This document shows positions 8,876 to 18,083 of a stretch of 33,852 nucleotides of DNA, one piece after another. Each line of letters begins with the position of its first letter. Positions within the stretch are counted from its first letter, which is position 1. The translations under genes were made by a program, and so were the position numbers. The notes under the pieces were generated by a model, which worked only from the letters and a program-made list of their open reading frames with translations, was not told where the DNA came from and ran no database searches. The stretch is from sequence record SRR22947727_213; one strand, given 5' to 3'.

Positions 8876-10700
8876 TTTTGATTCCTTGGGATATCTAAAA
8901 AATGAAATATTTGAAAAATTCACTATTAATAATTTTTCACTTTTAAAAGATAATCTGTTTTTTAGAAGTATAAAATATAATAATATTGAAATATTAAAGT
9001 TAATTTCATTTTTAGTAAGAGATAAAAATTGGAATAATTATTCACCTGAAATTATTAATACTTCATCATATAACAAAGAAAAAAAATTACATTTTGAATT
9101 TGATTTAAAATATGGTGATGTTGAACAATTAGAAGTGAAACTTCTTCTTTCAATAGGTGATAATTCTGTAAAATTAATTGCTAATGGTAAATTTTTAACT
9201 GATTTTTGGACGAATAGAATAGGTTTTAATCTTCTTTTGCCATTAGATGGTGTTGTTAATCAGCAAGTAATTGTGTCAAAAAGTGATCATACAACTGAAA
9301 CACTAAAATATCCCGTAATTATTCAGCCCGATCAACCAATGGTTAAATTTAATAATCTTTCATACAAAATATTTGACTCAATAGCTCTTAACATTAGATT
9401 TGACGGTATTCATTTTGAAATGGAAGATCAACGAAATTGGGGAGATGCATCTTATAAAATTTATAGCGGGTCTTTACTCGATCCATTTCCTTATAAAGAA
9501 AATAAAAATTCTGACTTTCATCAGGAAATAGAAATTACTATGAGAGAAAAAAATAATTCATTCGAAGCTATACCAAATCAAAACATATTACCGAATAATA
9601 TCAGAGAAGAATTCACGATGCCAAAAATAGGTATAAAAGTTGATAATGAAACTAGTGGAATTGATATGGTAAATGTTGATTTTTTATATCATCTGGTCGA
9701 TTTTGAAAATAATACTGAGAGTAGCAAGCCAAATTCTAATCATCTACCTATTTATTTAGTTGTACTTATTGATCATTCTAAGAAGGTTAAGGACATTATA
9801 AAAGATATAAAAGATTATATTGTTTTAAACAAAATAAACATTGATAAACTTCTTATCTGTCCTAAAATTTATTTAAATAGTTTTCAACCTGCTGGTGAGT
9901 GGCCATCAGTTCCACAATTAGGAGATTATTACAAAGAGGCTAAAATTCAATTCCCGGATGTTCAAATTTTCTCTGGCATGGTAACTAATTTTACAGAATT
10001 AAATAGAAAGAAACCAAATGGTGATTTTGATGGAATTAATTTTTCTTTTACCCCAATAGTGCATGATGCAAGTGATTATGGTGTATTAGATACTCCTAAC
10101 TCTCTTAAATTCATTTTAAATTCAATTAATAATTTTAGTAAAGATACACCAATACACATTGGTCCCATGACTCTTGGAATGCATTTTAATCCTTATGGAG
10201 AAAAACTTGCTCCTAATACAGATAAAGTAAGATTGGAAATGACTGATTTGGATCCACGACATGATAGCCTTATTAGTTTGAATTGGACTATTGCTGTGTT
10301 TTCAGAAATTTTATCAAAAAATACTAAATTTGTCACCATTGCTTCACTCAAAGGTATTCATGGTATACTCACAGAAAATAATCAGAAGAGACCTTTATTT
10401 TATCTTTATGAAGTCTTGTTGTATTTTAAAAATGCAAAAATTTATAAAATTGAAAAAATAAATTCAATCTCAGGTGTGAAACTAGTAATGGAAGAAAAAA
10501 TGTATTACTTATTAACAAATAACTCATCAAGTCAGACAAGTTATATTTTAGAAAATGAAACTGTTCTTCAGCAAAGTTATCTCAACAAAAATAATTTTGA
10601 GCAATTAAGCAAATCTCAATTTTCATTTTTAAATTTTGAAGACTCGACAGAGACCTTATCTTTTGAGCCTTATGAAATAAAATTAATTCAGGTTAGTTAA
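8868..10700 (+). CDS. apnL: D-apionate lactonase-like protein (ApnL family)
   Basis: Motifs ISFLVRDKNW, TNRIGF, FEMEDQRNWGDASYKIY, FTELNRK, P.VHDASD and NPYG..DPRH; about 610 aa; adjacent to an apsD-like gene. Confidence 0.75.
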   Translation: MHNFDSLGYLKNEIFEKFTINNFSLLKDNLFFRSIKYNNIEILKLISFLVRDKNWNNYSPEIINTSSYNKEKKLHFEFDLKYGDVEQLEVKLLLSIGDNSVKLIANGKFLTDFWTNRIGFNLLLPLDGVVNQQVIVSKSDHTTETLKYPVIIQPDQPMVKFNNLSYKIFDSIALNIRFDGIHFEMEDQRNWGDASYKIYSGSLLDPFPYKENKNSDFHQEIEITMREKNNSFEAIPNQNILPNNIREEFTMPKIGIKVDNETSGIDMVNVDFLYHLVDFENNTESSKPNSNHLPIYLVVLIDHSKKVKDIIKDIKDYIVLNKINIDKLLICPKIYLNSFQPAGEWPSVPQLGDYYKEAKIQFPDVQIFSGMVTNFTELNRKKPNGDFDGINFSFTPIVHDASDYGVLDTPNSLKFILNSINNFSKDTPIHIGPMTLGMHFNPYGEKLAPNTDKVRLEMTDLDPRHDSLISLNWTIAVFSEILSKNTKFVTIASLKGIHGILTENNQKRPLFYLYEVLLYFKNAKIYKIEKINSISGVKLVMEEKMYYLLTNNSSSQTSYILENETVLQQSYLNKNNFEQLSKSQFSFLNFEDSTETLSFEPYEIKLIQVS

Positions 10701-11728
10701 TGAAATTAAAAGGGGCAATAATTGGATGTGGTTTTTTTGCCCATAATCATATGCAGGCTTGGAATGAAATTAAAAATATTGAGATCGTTGCGGTTTGTGA
10801 TTTAGATAAGAAAAAAGCTATTTCTTTTTCAAAAAAGTTTAAGATTGCACACTATTACACTAATATAAATAAATTATTAGATGAAGAAAATATTGATTTT
10901 GTTGATGTTGTAACAACAATGGAAACTCATCTTCCAATAGGAAAAATATTATCAAAAAGAAAAATTGCTACATCAATTCAGAAACCTTTTGCTGAAAACT
11001 TACAGGACGCAAAAAAAATTGTCAGCCTTTACGAGAAGACTAAAACACCTTTAATGGTTCATGAAAACTTTAGATGGCAAACACCATTGATGACACTAAA
11101 AAAATTAGAAAAACAATATCAGTTAAAAAAACCACAATATTCTAAAATCTCTTTTCGACACGCTAATCCAGTGGGCTATACCAATCAAACCTACCTTTAT
11201 GGCTTAGAGGAATATTTGATTTTAGATGTAGGCATTCATTTATATGATTTAAGTAGATTTTTTCTAGGTGAAGCAACAAGTGTTTATACCATTAACCAAA
11301 ATACAAATAAAAAATTTAAAGGTGAAACGGCATTTACATCCCTTGTTCGACATCAGAATGGGGGAGTTAGCATTATAGATGCTTCAATTTCGTCTATAAA
11401 AACTCCTGATAGATTTGCACAAACTTTAGTAAATGTAGAATATGCAAATGGCTCAATAGATTTAGATTATGATTATAATATTACTGTTCATAAAAAAGGA
11501 TTGAAAAAAATACACAAAGGTAATCCAAAGAAGTTAAAATGGATCTCAAAACCATGGGATCAAATTCAGGAAAGTATAGTTAATACACACAATCATTTTA
11601 TTTCTTGCCTTATCAAGAAAAGAGTTCATGACACCAGTGGAGAAGATAATATCAAAAGCCTGTCTTTGGTTTTTGCATCATATAAGTCAAACAAACATAG
11701 AAAGGAAATACAGCTAAATGAAAAATAA
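10700..11728 (+). CDS. apsD: Gfo/Idh/MocA oxidoreductase, D-apiose dehydrogenase-like
   Basis: Motifs KGAIIGCGFFA.N.M.AW, QKPFA, PLMVHENFRWQTP, D.GIH..D, W.SKPW..IQES and TSG.DN.K match my recollection of rhizobial ApsD. The family call is certain; the substrate is inferred. Confidence 0.75.
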   Translation: MKLKGAIIGCGFFAHNHMQAWNEIKNIEIVAVCDLDKKKAISFSKKFKIAHYYTNINKLLDEENIDFVDVVTTMETHLPIGKILSKRKIATSIQKPFAENLQDAKKIVSLYEKTKTPLMVHENFRWQTPLMTLKKLEKQYQLKKPQYSKISFRHANPVGYTNQTYLYGLEEYLILDVGIHLYDLSRFFLGEATSVYTINQNTNKKFKGETAFTSLVRHQNGGVSIIDASISSIKTPDRFAQTLVNVEYANGSIDLDYDYNITVHKKGLKKIHKGNPKKLKWISKPWDQIQESIVNTHNHFISCLIKKRVHDTSGEDNIKSLSLVFASYKSNKHRKEIQLNEK

Positions 11729-12407
11729 TAAATTATTGAAACTGCAGAAATTTGATACCCCAACTATCTGTAATGGTCTTGAGTTGTTAGATCCAAAATA
11801 CAAGATTAAAGGATATTCAAAAGAAAAGTTTTTCTGTTTAAATCCAAAAATCAAACCGATGGTTGGGTATGCAAAAACAGCAAAAATTAGTTCTCTAAAG
11901 CATAATAAAAAAACTAAAAATTCAATTAGGATTGATTATTATGAGTATGTTAATAAAGGTAATTTCCCTAAAATTTCTGTTATTTATGATCAGCATAAAA
12001 ATCCTATAGGATCATTCTGGGGAGAAGTTAATGCCAATATACACAATAAACTTGGATGTCTTGGAGTCATAACTAATGGTTCGGTTAGAGATCTTGATGT
12101 TATACCAAAAAATTTCCAATTTTTATCAAAGACATTAAGCCCTAGTCATGCAGAAGTTTCGTTAATGGAGTTTGGAACAAAAGTTAATGTGATGGACATG
12201 GAAATTAACGATAATGATTTAATTCATGCTGATGTACACGGCGCAGTATCTTTTGATGATACTCTAATAGATGATTTACTTGATGCTATTAAATTTGTTG
12301 AAAAGAAAGAAAAGGTAATTTTAGACTCTTGCAAAACTAGTAATTTCACATTTTCAAAATTTAAAAAAGCTTTTTTAAAATCTCAAACCTTAAAATTTAA
12401 AAAATAA
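11718..12407 (+). CDS. RraA-like / HMG-CHA aldolase family protein
   Basis: Motifs DTPTICN, PMVGYAKT, FWGEVN, GVITNGSVRD and DLIHADVHGAV. Confidence 0.85.
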   Translation: MKNNKLLKLQKFDTPTICNGLELLDPKYKIKGYSKEKFFCLNPKIKPMVGYAKTAKISSLKHNKKTKNSIRIDYYEYVNKGNFPKISVIYDQHKNPIGSFWGEVNANIHNKLGCLGVITNGSVRDLDVIPKNFQFLSKTLSPSHAEVSLMEFGTKVNVMDMEINDNDLIHADVHGAVSFDDTLIDDLLDAIKFVEKKEKVILDSCKTSNFTFSKFKKAFLKSQTLKFKK

Positions 12408-12537
12408 TAAAAAGGGTTTGTAAAAATTGTCTTGGTTTCTATTCATATCATTTTAATAGTGCTTATTTATAACTATTTATTAAGTACGAATCTCAATAAA
12501 AATATTAAAATGAAAAAATTTAATTAAGGAGATTAAA

Positions 12538-12903
12538 ATGAATTTAAGAACCGTATTTAAAGTCCAATCAATTGTATTATTTTTAAATGCAATAGGGGGG
12601 CTATTCCTAACAAGTGCTTTTTTAGGAGCTGCAGGTTGGGAAGTAACTGATGATCTTATTACTTTAGGTCAATTTTCAGGCATGACTTTCTTAGTTTTCT
12701 CAATTTGGGCATGGAGATTTCCAGATGTTGCAAGTGAGTCAATTAAATCTATTGGCATGCTTCATGCTATTGGAGGCCTTTTATTTACAATAATAATTGC
12801 TTATCATATTATGACTGGGGCAGTTGCAGGAGCTACGGCTTACGTGAATATTATTTTTACGGCTTTATTTGCTATAGGATTTTATATTTATAGTAGAGAT
12901 TAA
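12538..12903 (+). CDS. Hypothetical ~4-TM membrane protein
   Basis: 121-aa ORF with SD AAGGAGA and four hydrophobic segments, followed by a perfect hairpin. Confidence 0.8.
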   Translation: MNLRTVFKVQSIVLFLNAIGGLFLTSAFLGAAGWEVTDDLITLGQFSGMTFLVFSIWAWRFPDVASESIKSIGMLHAIGGLLFTIIIAYHIMTGAVAGATAYVNIIFTALFAIGFYIYSRD

Positions 12904-12916
12904 TATTTTATAAATT

Positions 12917-12958
12917 ACATAAACGCTTTTGTATAAAGCGTTTATGTTAGATTTTTTT
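12917..12958 (+). terminator. Intrinsic terminator-like hairpin
   Basis: ACATAAACGCTTT-tgtat-AAAGCGTTTATGT is a perfect 13-bp stem, followed by TAGATTTTTTT. Confidence 0.75.
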
Positions 12959-12981
12959 CAAATTTAGTAATAATAGCTTTT

Positions 12982-13095
12982 ATGCAAAAATTTTATAATT
13001 TTATTTTTCCTTCAGGTTCATGGTCTCTTAAAAGAATTATCATTCTATTTTTGATATTAAGTTCAATTGAGCTTCTTTTTCTATACTTAAAATAA
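12982..13095 (+). CDS. Small single-TM protein or uORF (37 aa), not in the ORF track
   Basis: MQKFYNFIFPSGSWSLKRIIILFLILSSIELLFLYLK*; its TAA directly abuts the ATG of uup (TAAATG). Confidence 0.5.
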   Translation: MQKFYNFIFPSGSWSLKRIIILFLILSSIELLFLYLK

Positions 13096-14913
13096 ATGCC
13101 TAGTGATTTAATTTTCTCATTACGAGATGTAGATGTTAGATTTGGTAAAAAGGAAATTTTTAATGGTTTAAATTTAAATATACACCGTGGTGATTTAGTT
13201 GCTTTAGTTGGAAAAAATGGTGTTGGCAAAACAACATTAATGAAAATTGTAATGGGAACCCAAGAATTAGATAACGGTGAACTTTGGAACTTCCCCAGTC
13301 TTAAAGTCTCTTACTTTACTCAACACTTTGAATTAGATGTTTCAAAATCGGTTGAAGAAGAAATGAGCGCAATATTAAAAAACGAAGATGAGAAATATAA
13401 AATAGATATTTATTGTGATAATTTAAATTTAGATAAGTATGCAAATATCAAAAATTTATCAGGTGGTCAAAAAAGAAGAATTGCACTAGCTAAATGTCTT
13501 ATACCGGAGTCAGACATAATGCTACTTGATGAGCCTACAAACCATTTAGATTTAGAATGCATTCAATGGCTTGAGCAACATCTCAAAGGATTAAATAGGG
13601 TGATGCTTTGTGTTAGTCATGACAGAACTTTTTTAAGTAACTTTACAAATAAAGTTTTTTGGTTGGATAGGGGGGATTTAAGAATAAGCCCAAGTGGTTT
13701 TAAAAATTTTGACGCATGGTCTGAAGAATTATTAGATCAAGAAGCCCGGGAATTAAAAAATAGAAAACAGTTTGTTAATCTAGAGGTAGAGTGGGCCCAA
13801 AGAGGAGTTAAGGCAAGAGTTAAAAGGAATGTAAAGCGACTTGAAAGGGCAAGACAATTAAAAGAGCAATTGGAAAAAGATGAATCATCTTATCGACTAG
13901 CAATTAAATCAGTAAAACCAATGTTAGTTAAGCCCGCATCTGATAACTCTAAATTTATTGCTGAATTTATTAAAGCGTCTGTTTCGTATCCAAATTCAAA
14001 AAATAAAATATTAAAAGATATATCTGTGAAGATTACAAAGGGCGACCGTATTGGTCTGTTAGGAAAAAATGGAACAGGTAAATCTACATTTTTGAAAACT
14101 TTGATTGGAGAACTTAAAGAAATTAGTGGATCAATTAAATTAAAAAAAAATTTAGAGTTTTCGTATTTTGATCAATTAAGAAATGATTTAAACTCAAACA
14201 AGTCATTAAAAGAAATTTTGGTTCCTAATGGAGGGGACTATCTATCGGTCCAAGGTAAGGAAAGACATGTTTGTAGTTATTTAAAGGATTTTCAATTTGA
14301 TCCTAAGCGTGTTAACGACACAATTTTATCTCTATCTGGAGGACAACAAAATAGATTGTTACTCTCAAAAGTTTTAGCTAATCCGAAAACAGGACTTATT
14401 TTAGATGAGCCAACAAATGATCTAGACCTACAAACAATGGATCTTCTTACCGAAATGCTATCTAGTTATAAGGGTACTTTATTAATTGTTTCTCATGACA
14501 GAGATTTTTTAGACCAAACAGTAAATAAAATTTTATCATTTGATGGTGATGGTAAGATATCAATGTTTTTAGGAGGGTATAGTGATTATCTAAATCATCA
14601 ATCAGACAAACTTCTTATAAATAAAAACTCCAAGAAAAAAGATAGTTCAATTAAAATAAAAAAAATAGATAAATTATCTTTTAAATTTAAATTTGAATTA
14701 GAAAATATTCCTCAAGAAATTAAAATAATGCAAGAAGATATCTTTTCTTTAAAAAACGAATTAAAAGATACAAATTTATATATTAGCAATACTAATCGGT
14801 TCGAAGAAGTCACAGAAAAGTTAGGCAATTTAGAAAAAGATCTTGAGAATAAAGAAAATAGATGGTTAGAATTATTAGAAATGGAAGAAGCTATTAATAA
14901 AGAAAATGAGTAA
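13096..14913 (+). CDS. uup: ABC-F family ATPase, Uup-like
   Basis: Two ABC domains (GKNGVGKT/LSGGQ/LLDEPTNHLD and GKNGTGKS/LSGGQ/ILDEPTNDLD), no TM segments, and a C-terminal coiled coil (KLSFK...RWLEL). Confidence 0.88.
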   Translation: MPSDLIFSLRDVDVRFGKKEIFNGLNLNIHRGDLVALVGKNGVGKTTLMKIVMGTQELDNGELWNFPSLKVSYFTQHFELDVSKSVEEEMSAILKNEDEKYKIDIYCDNLNLDKYANIKNLSGGQKRRIALAKCLIPESDIMLLDEPTNHLDLECIQWLEQHLKGLNRVMLCVSHDRTFLSNFTNKVFWLDRGDLRISPSGFKNFDAWSEELLDQEARELKNRKQFVNLEVEWAQRGVKARVKRNVKRLERARQLKEQLEKDESSYRLAIKSVKPMLVKPASDNSKFIAEFIKASVSYPNSKNKILKDISVKITKGDRIGLLGKNGTGKSTFLKTLIGELKEISGSIKLKKNLEFSYFDQLRNDLNSNKSLKEILVPNGGDYLSVQGKERHVCSYLKDFQFDPKRVNDTILSLSGGQQNRLLLSKVLANPKTGLILDEPTNDLDLQTMDLLTEMLSSYKGTLLIVSHDRDFLDQTVNKILSFDGDGKISMFLGGYSDYLNHQSDKLLINKNSKKKDSSIKIKKIDKLSFKFKFELENIPQEIKIMQEDIFSLKNELKDTNLYISNTNRFEEVTEKLGNLEKDLENKENRWLELLEMEEAINKENE

Positions 14914-15076
14914 TAGAAAAATAAATTTAATAGGCTGGCTACTTTTTATAATATCGGCAATAGGATTTGTTATTTCTAGTGTCGGAAGTTTTTGGTCAAT
15001 GTTTGGGAGTTTATTTTTTTTAATTGCTTGCTTGGTATTCTTGATCCCCTTTTTAAGAAAAGAAAATAAAGATTAA
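14906..15076 (+). CDS. Small 2-TM membrane protein (56 aa), not in the ORF track
   Basis: MSNRKINLIGWLLFIISAIGFVISSVGSFWSMFGSLFFLIACLVFLIPFLRKENKD*. It overlaps the uup stop by 8 nt and the aldolase stop by 4 nt, filling the gap exactly. Confidence 0.75.
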   Translation: MSNRKINLIGWLLFIISAIGFVISSVGSFWSMFGSLFFLIACLVFLIPFLRKENKD

Positions 15077-15858
15077 TACGCTTCGTTTTTTGAAGCTTCT
15101 TTTGTTTTATCCTTCATCTCATCAATAACAGATTGTGCGTGAGCTGACATTGATCTAAAGTCTGATGAAATAGTTACTAGTTTAAAGCCTAAATCTATCA
15201 TTTCTTTAGCATATTGAGTTGTGCCATTATGAATGCCAGCAATTTTTCCGTACTCATTTGCTTTTTTTGCAATTAGCTTAATATTTGAAAAAACAGGATC
15301 TTCTTTAACATCAAATTGTGGCTTCATGCCGTAAGAAGAACTCATATCTGCAGGACCAATATAGACCCCAGTTAAATTTGGGACAGAAAGAATATAATCT
15401 AAGTTATCTACTGCTTGTTGTGTTTCAATCATTGCAAAACTTAAAACATTTTCATTGGCTTGTTCAAAGTAATTAGATCCATGAATTAATTGAGCGCGCA
15501 TAGGACCAAAACTTCTTTGTCCTATTGGAGGGTAGTAGCAATAAGAAACAAACTTTTCACAGTCTTCTTTTGTGTTTATCATTGGTGCTATGATTCCTAA
15601 AACGCCTAGATCTAACATTCTCATTATTATTCCTGGTTCATACCAAGGAACTCTAACCATTGGAGTTGATGAACTAGATGATAAGGCTTGTAACATAGGT
15701 ATGCTAGACGAATAATCACTTTGACCGTGCTGCATGTCTATTGTTATTGCATCCCATCCCATTTTACCAAATGCTTCTGCAGTAAAAGAATTAGGAATTG
15801 AAAGCCATGAATTAATAACAGGTTTGTTTTGTGCCCAAATTTTTAAAAGATTGTTCAT
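15073..15858 (-). CDS. HpcH/HpaI family class II pyruvate aldolase
   Basis: Motifs IDMQHG, PMVRVPW, LDLG..GIIAPMI, YPP.G.RSFGP, AMIET and YIGPADMS; SD GAGGA. Confidence 0.92.
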   Translation of the reverse strand: MNNLLKIWAQNKPVINSWLSIPNSFTAEAFGKMGWDAITIDMQHGQSDYSSSIPMLQALSSSSSTPMVRVPWYEPGIIMRMLDLGVLGIIAPMINTKEDCEKFVSYCYYPPIGQRSFGPMRAQLIHGSNYFEQANENVLSFAMIETQQAVDNLDYILSVPNLTGVYIGPADMSSSYGMKPQFDVKEDPVFSNIKLIAKKANEYGKIAGIHNGTTQYAKEMIDLGFKLVTISSDFRSMSAHAQSVIDEMKDKTKEASKNEAY

Positions 15859-15915
15859 ATTAAGTCCTCAAATATAGGAAAAAAATATAATTTTATATAT
15901 TTTTTTTACTATAAT

Positions 15916-15929
15916 CTTATTATAATAAG
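15916..15929. promoter_or_regulatory. Palindromic operator copy 1 (CTTATTATAATAAG), putative GntR site
   Basis: Perfect 14-bp palindrome in the divergent aldolase/gntR spacer, with an identical copy at 16628-16641. Confidence 0.7.
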
Positions 15930-15940
15930 TTAACTTATAT

Positions 15941-16627
15941 ATGGATACACCTAAGTACAAAAAAATATATGATCACATTGTTAAATTAATTTTAACAGAC
16001 GAATGGCCAGTTGGTTCAAATATGAAATCTGAAAATGAATTAATTAAGATGTTCAGAGTAAGCAGAATTACAATAAGAAATGTTTTAAATATATTAGAGA
16101 GTGAGAGAAGAATTTTAAGAAGTAGGGGGAAGGCAACACTAATACTTGATAAGATCTTTAATAATGTAAAAAGTTCTGAAATTAAAGATTTTTCGAAAAC
16201 GATAAATGCAGATACTAAACTTTTAGATATTGAAGTTGTAAAAAATAATCTAAGTAAAAAATTTAAAAACTCTTCATCACTTTATCATATTACAAGATTA
16301 AGAAGGCTTAAAAATAATGAAATCTATTTAATTAGTAGAGCTTTCATTCCAACTGAGTTAGTTGGTAAGAATTTAAATAAAAGTATATTTAGAGATAAAA
16401 ATTTAGTAGCCGTGTTAATAAATTATTTTAAAATTAAGATAATAAAAAGTGAGCAAGAGATTACTGCAGTAAAGTTAAATACAAATGACGCAAATTTATT
16501 TAAGACAACACTTGGATATCCTGCAATTTCAAATACTTGGTATATGTATGATAGATCAAATAGGTTACTTTTAATGGACCAAGAGCTTACAATTAGGCCC
16601 TTAAAGGTAGAAAATTATTATCATTAA
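15941..16627 (+). CDS. GntR family regulator, HutC/UTRA subfamily
   Basis: wHTH motifs PKY..I, SENEL...F.VSRITIR and RGKAT; the C-terminal ~140 aa are UTRA-like. Confidence 0.85.
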   Translation: MDTPKYKKIYDHIVKLILTDEWPVGSNMKSENELIKMFRVSRITIRNVLNILESERRILRSRGKATLILDKIFNNVKSSEIKDFSKTINADTKLLDIEVVKNNLSKKFKNSSSLYHITRLRRLKNNEIYLISRAFIPTELVGKNLNKSIFRDKNLVAVLINYFKIKIIKSEQEITAVKLNTNDANLFKTTLGYPAISNTWYMYDRSNRLLLMDQELTIRPLKVENYYH

Positions 16628-16643
16628 CTTATTATAATAAGTT
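16626..16643. promoter_or_regulatory. Palindromic operator copy 2 (AACTTATTATAATAAGTT), putative GntR site
   Basis: Perfect 18-bp palindrome right at the gntR stop, about 60 nt upstream of the SBP start. Confidence 0.7.
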
Positions 16644-16705
16644 TAATATCTTTCTTGTTTTATTTTATAGATCTTATTTACATTAAAAATAATTTAGGAG
16701 GAATA

Positions 16706-18031
16706 ATGAAAATTAAAATGATTTACAAATTCATAGGAATTCTTTTATCAATTTCTTTTCTGTCATCACCACTATTTGCTAAAACTACTATTACTTGGTG
16801 GGGCGAATTTGATGCTAACAGAAGTCCTGTAGTAACAGAGATTGTCATGAATAAATTCAATGCTGAACACGATGACATTGAACTTGTTATGGAATTTTAT
16901 GAAGAAATTAGTGAAGTTACAAGAACGGCAATTTTAGCTGGAACTGGTCCTGATATCTTTGAATCACCCGGACCATCATATATAAAAATGTTTCAAGATG
17001 CTGGCTTCGTTAAGTCTTTAGATGAGTATGATGTTAAGTATGGTTGGAAAGAAAAGCTACTACCATGGGCATACGCTTCAGGCGTATTTAATGGTGAGTT
17101 TTTTGCCATTCCAAAAAATTATGAAAGTATGATTTACTTTTATAATAAAACTTTATTTGAAGAAAATGGATGGTCATTACCTACAAACTTGACAGAGTAT
17201 GAGGCTCTTGCTGCAGAAGTAAAAGCAAAAGGCATGCATCCATTTGCTTATGGATCTACTGGATGGCAACCTACTCATGAACATTTAGTTGGTAATTATT
17301 ATAATAATGTTGCTGGTCCAGATAATTTTTATAAAGCTTTAATTGGTGAAAAAAAATGGACTGATCAAGAATTTGTAGACTCTTTAGAACTTTTGAAAAA
17401 ACATATGCTTGACGGGTATTGGTCTGGAAGCTTAGAAAACTATTATGCTCTTGGTTGGGATGATTTTAACGCACAATTTGCAAACAGAGACTCAGCAATG
17501 TTAATGATAGGATCATGGGGATTTGAACCAACTGTTCCAGGATTTGCTGACAAGTCTGATGATTGGGATTGGGCTCCTCTTCCAAACATGACAACTGAAG
17601 GAGGGCCTTCTAATTTTCAACTTGCAATTGGATCAACTTTTTCAATTAATGCTTCATCAGAAAAAGCTGATACAGCTGCATATGTTCTTGATTGGTTAAT
17701 TAGTAATAAAGAATATGTTTTAGAAATTACTGGCAATTTTAACTACGGTGCTTGGTTAATACCTCTAAAATACGAAGATTCTGACTTTCCTGGTGATCTT
17801 GATCCAAGAATTAAAAGATATCTCACTCAGTTTGCTTCTGCTACAGGAGAAGGCAACTATGGATATACAACATGGTCATTTTTTCCAGCTGAGCCAGGAG
17901 TTCATATCTGGAAGGACATGGAGGTTGTTTGGGCTGGAGACATAACAGTCGAAGAATTTTTAGAAGATCAACAAAAATTATGGGATAAAGCTCGAGAAAA
18001 AGATCAGCTTATACCTGTTGGCTCTAGATAA
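16706..18031 (+). CDS. Carbohydrate ABC transporter substrate-binding protein (CUT1; start corrected from 16655)
   Basis: AGGAGG precedes the ATG at 16706; signal peptide ending PLFA; motifs AGTGPDIF, YNKTLFEENG and AMLMIGSW. Confidence 0.92.
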   Translation: MKIKMIYKFIGILLSISFLSSPLFAKTTITWWGEFDANRSPVVTEIVMNKFNAEHDDIELVMEFYEEISEVTRTAILAGTGPDIFESPGPSYIKMFQDAGFVKSLDEYDVKYGWKEKLLPWAYASGVFNGEFFAIPKNYESMIYFYNKTLFEENGWSLPTNLTEYEALAAEVKAKGMHPFAYGSTGWQPTHEHLVGNYYNNVAGPDNFYKALIGEKKWTDQEFVDSLELLKKHMLDGYWSGSLENYYALGWDDFNAQFANRDSAMLMIGSWGFEPTVPGFADKSDDWDWAPLPNMTTEGGPSNFQLAIGSTFSINASSEKADTAAYVLDWLISNKEYVLEITGNFNYGAWLIPLKYEDSDFPGDLDPRIKRYLTQFASATGEGNYGYTTWSFFPAEPGVHIWKDMEVVWAGDITVEEFLEDQQKLWDKAREKDQLIPVGSR

Positions 18032-18040
18032 TTATTTTCA

Positions 18041-18075
18041 AAAAGGGCTTTGATTAACCAAAGCCCTTTTTTTTT
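18041..18075 (+). terminator. Intra-operon terminator or stabilising hairpin after the SBP gene
   Basis: AAAAGGGCTTTG-attaac-CAAAGCCCTTTT, ending in a 9-T run. Confidence 0.85.
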
Positions 18076-18083
18076 CGTATTTT

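Noticed and set aside
12460-12488. Weak dyad GTGCTTA...TAAGTAC resembling the GntR operator
   Set aside because: Imperfect, differently spaced, and expected by chance in AT-rich DNA.
13096-14913. ABC-F as the missing ATPase of the sugar transporter, or as an antibiotic resistance factor
   Set aside because: The twin-domain Uup architecture with a C-terminal coiled coil is not MalK-like, and nothing specifically indicates a resistance subfamily.
16655-16705. TTG start for the SBP gene
   Set aside because: A perfect AGGAGG and the signal peptide point to the ATG at 16706.
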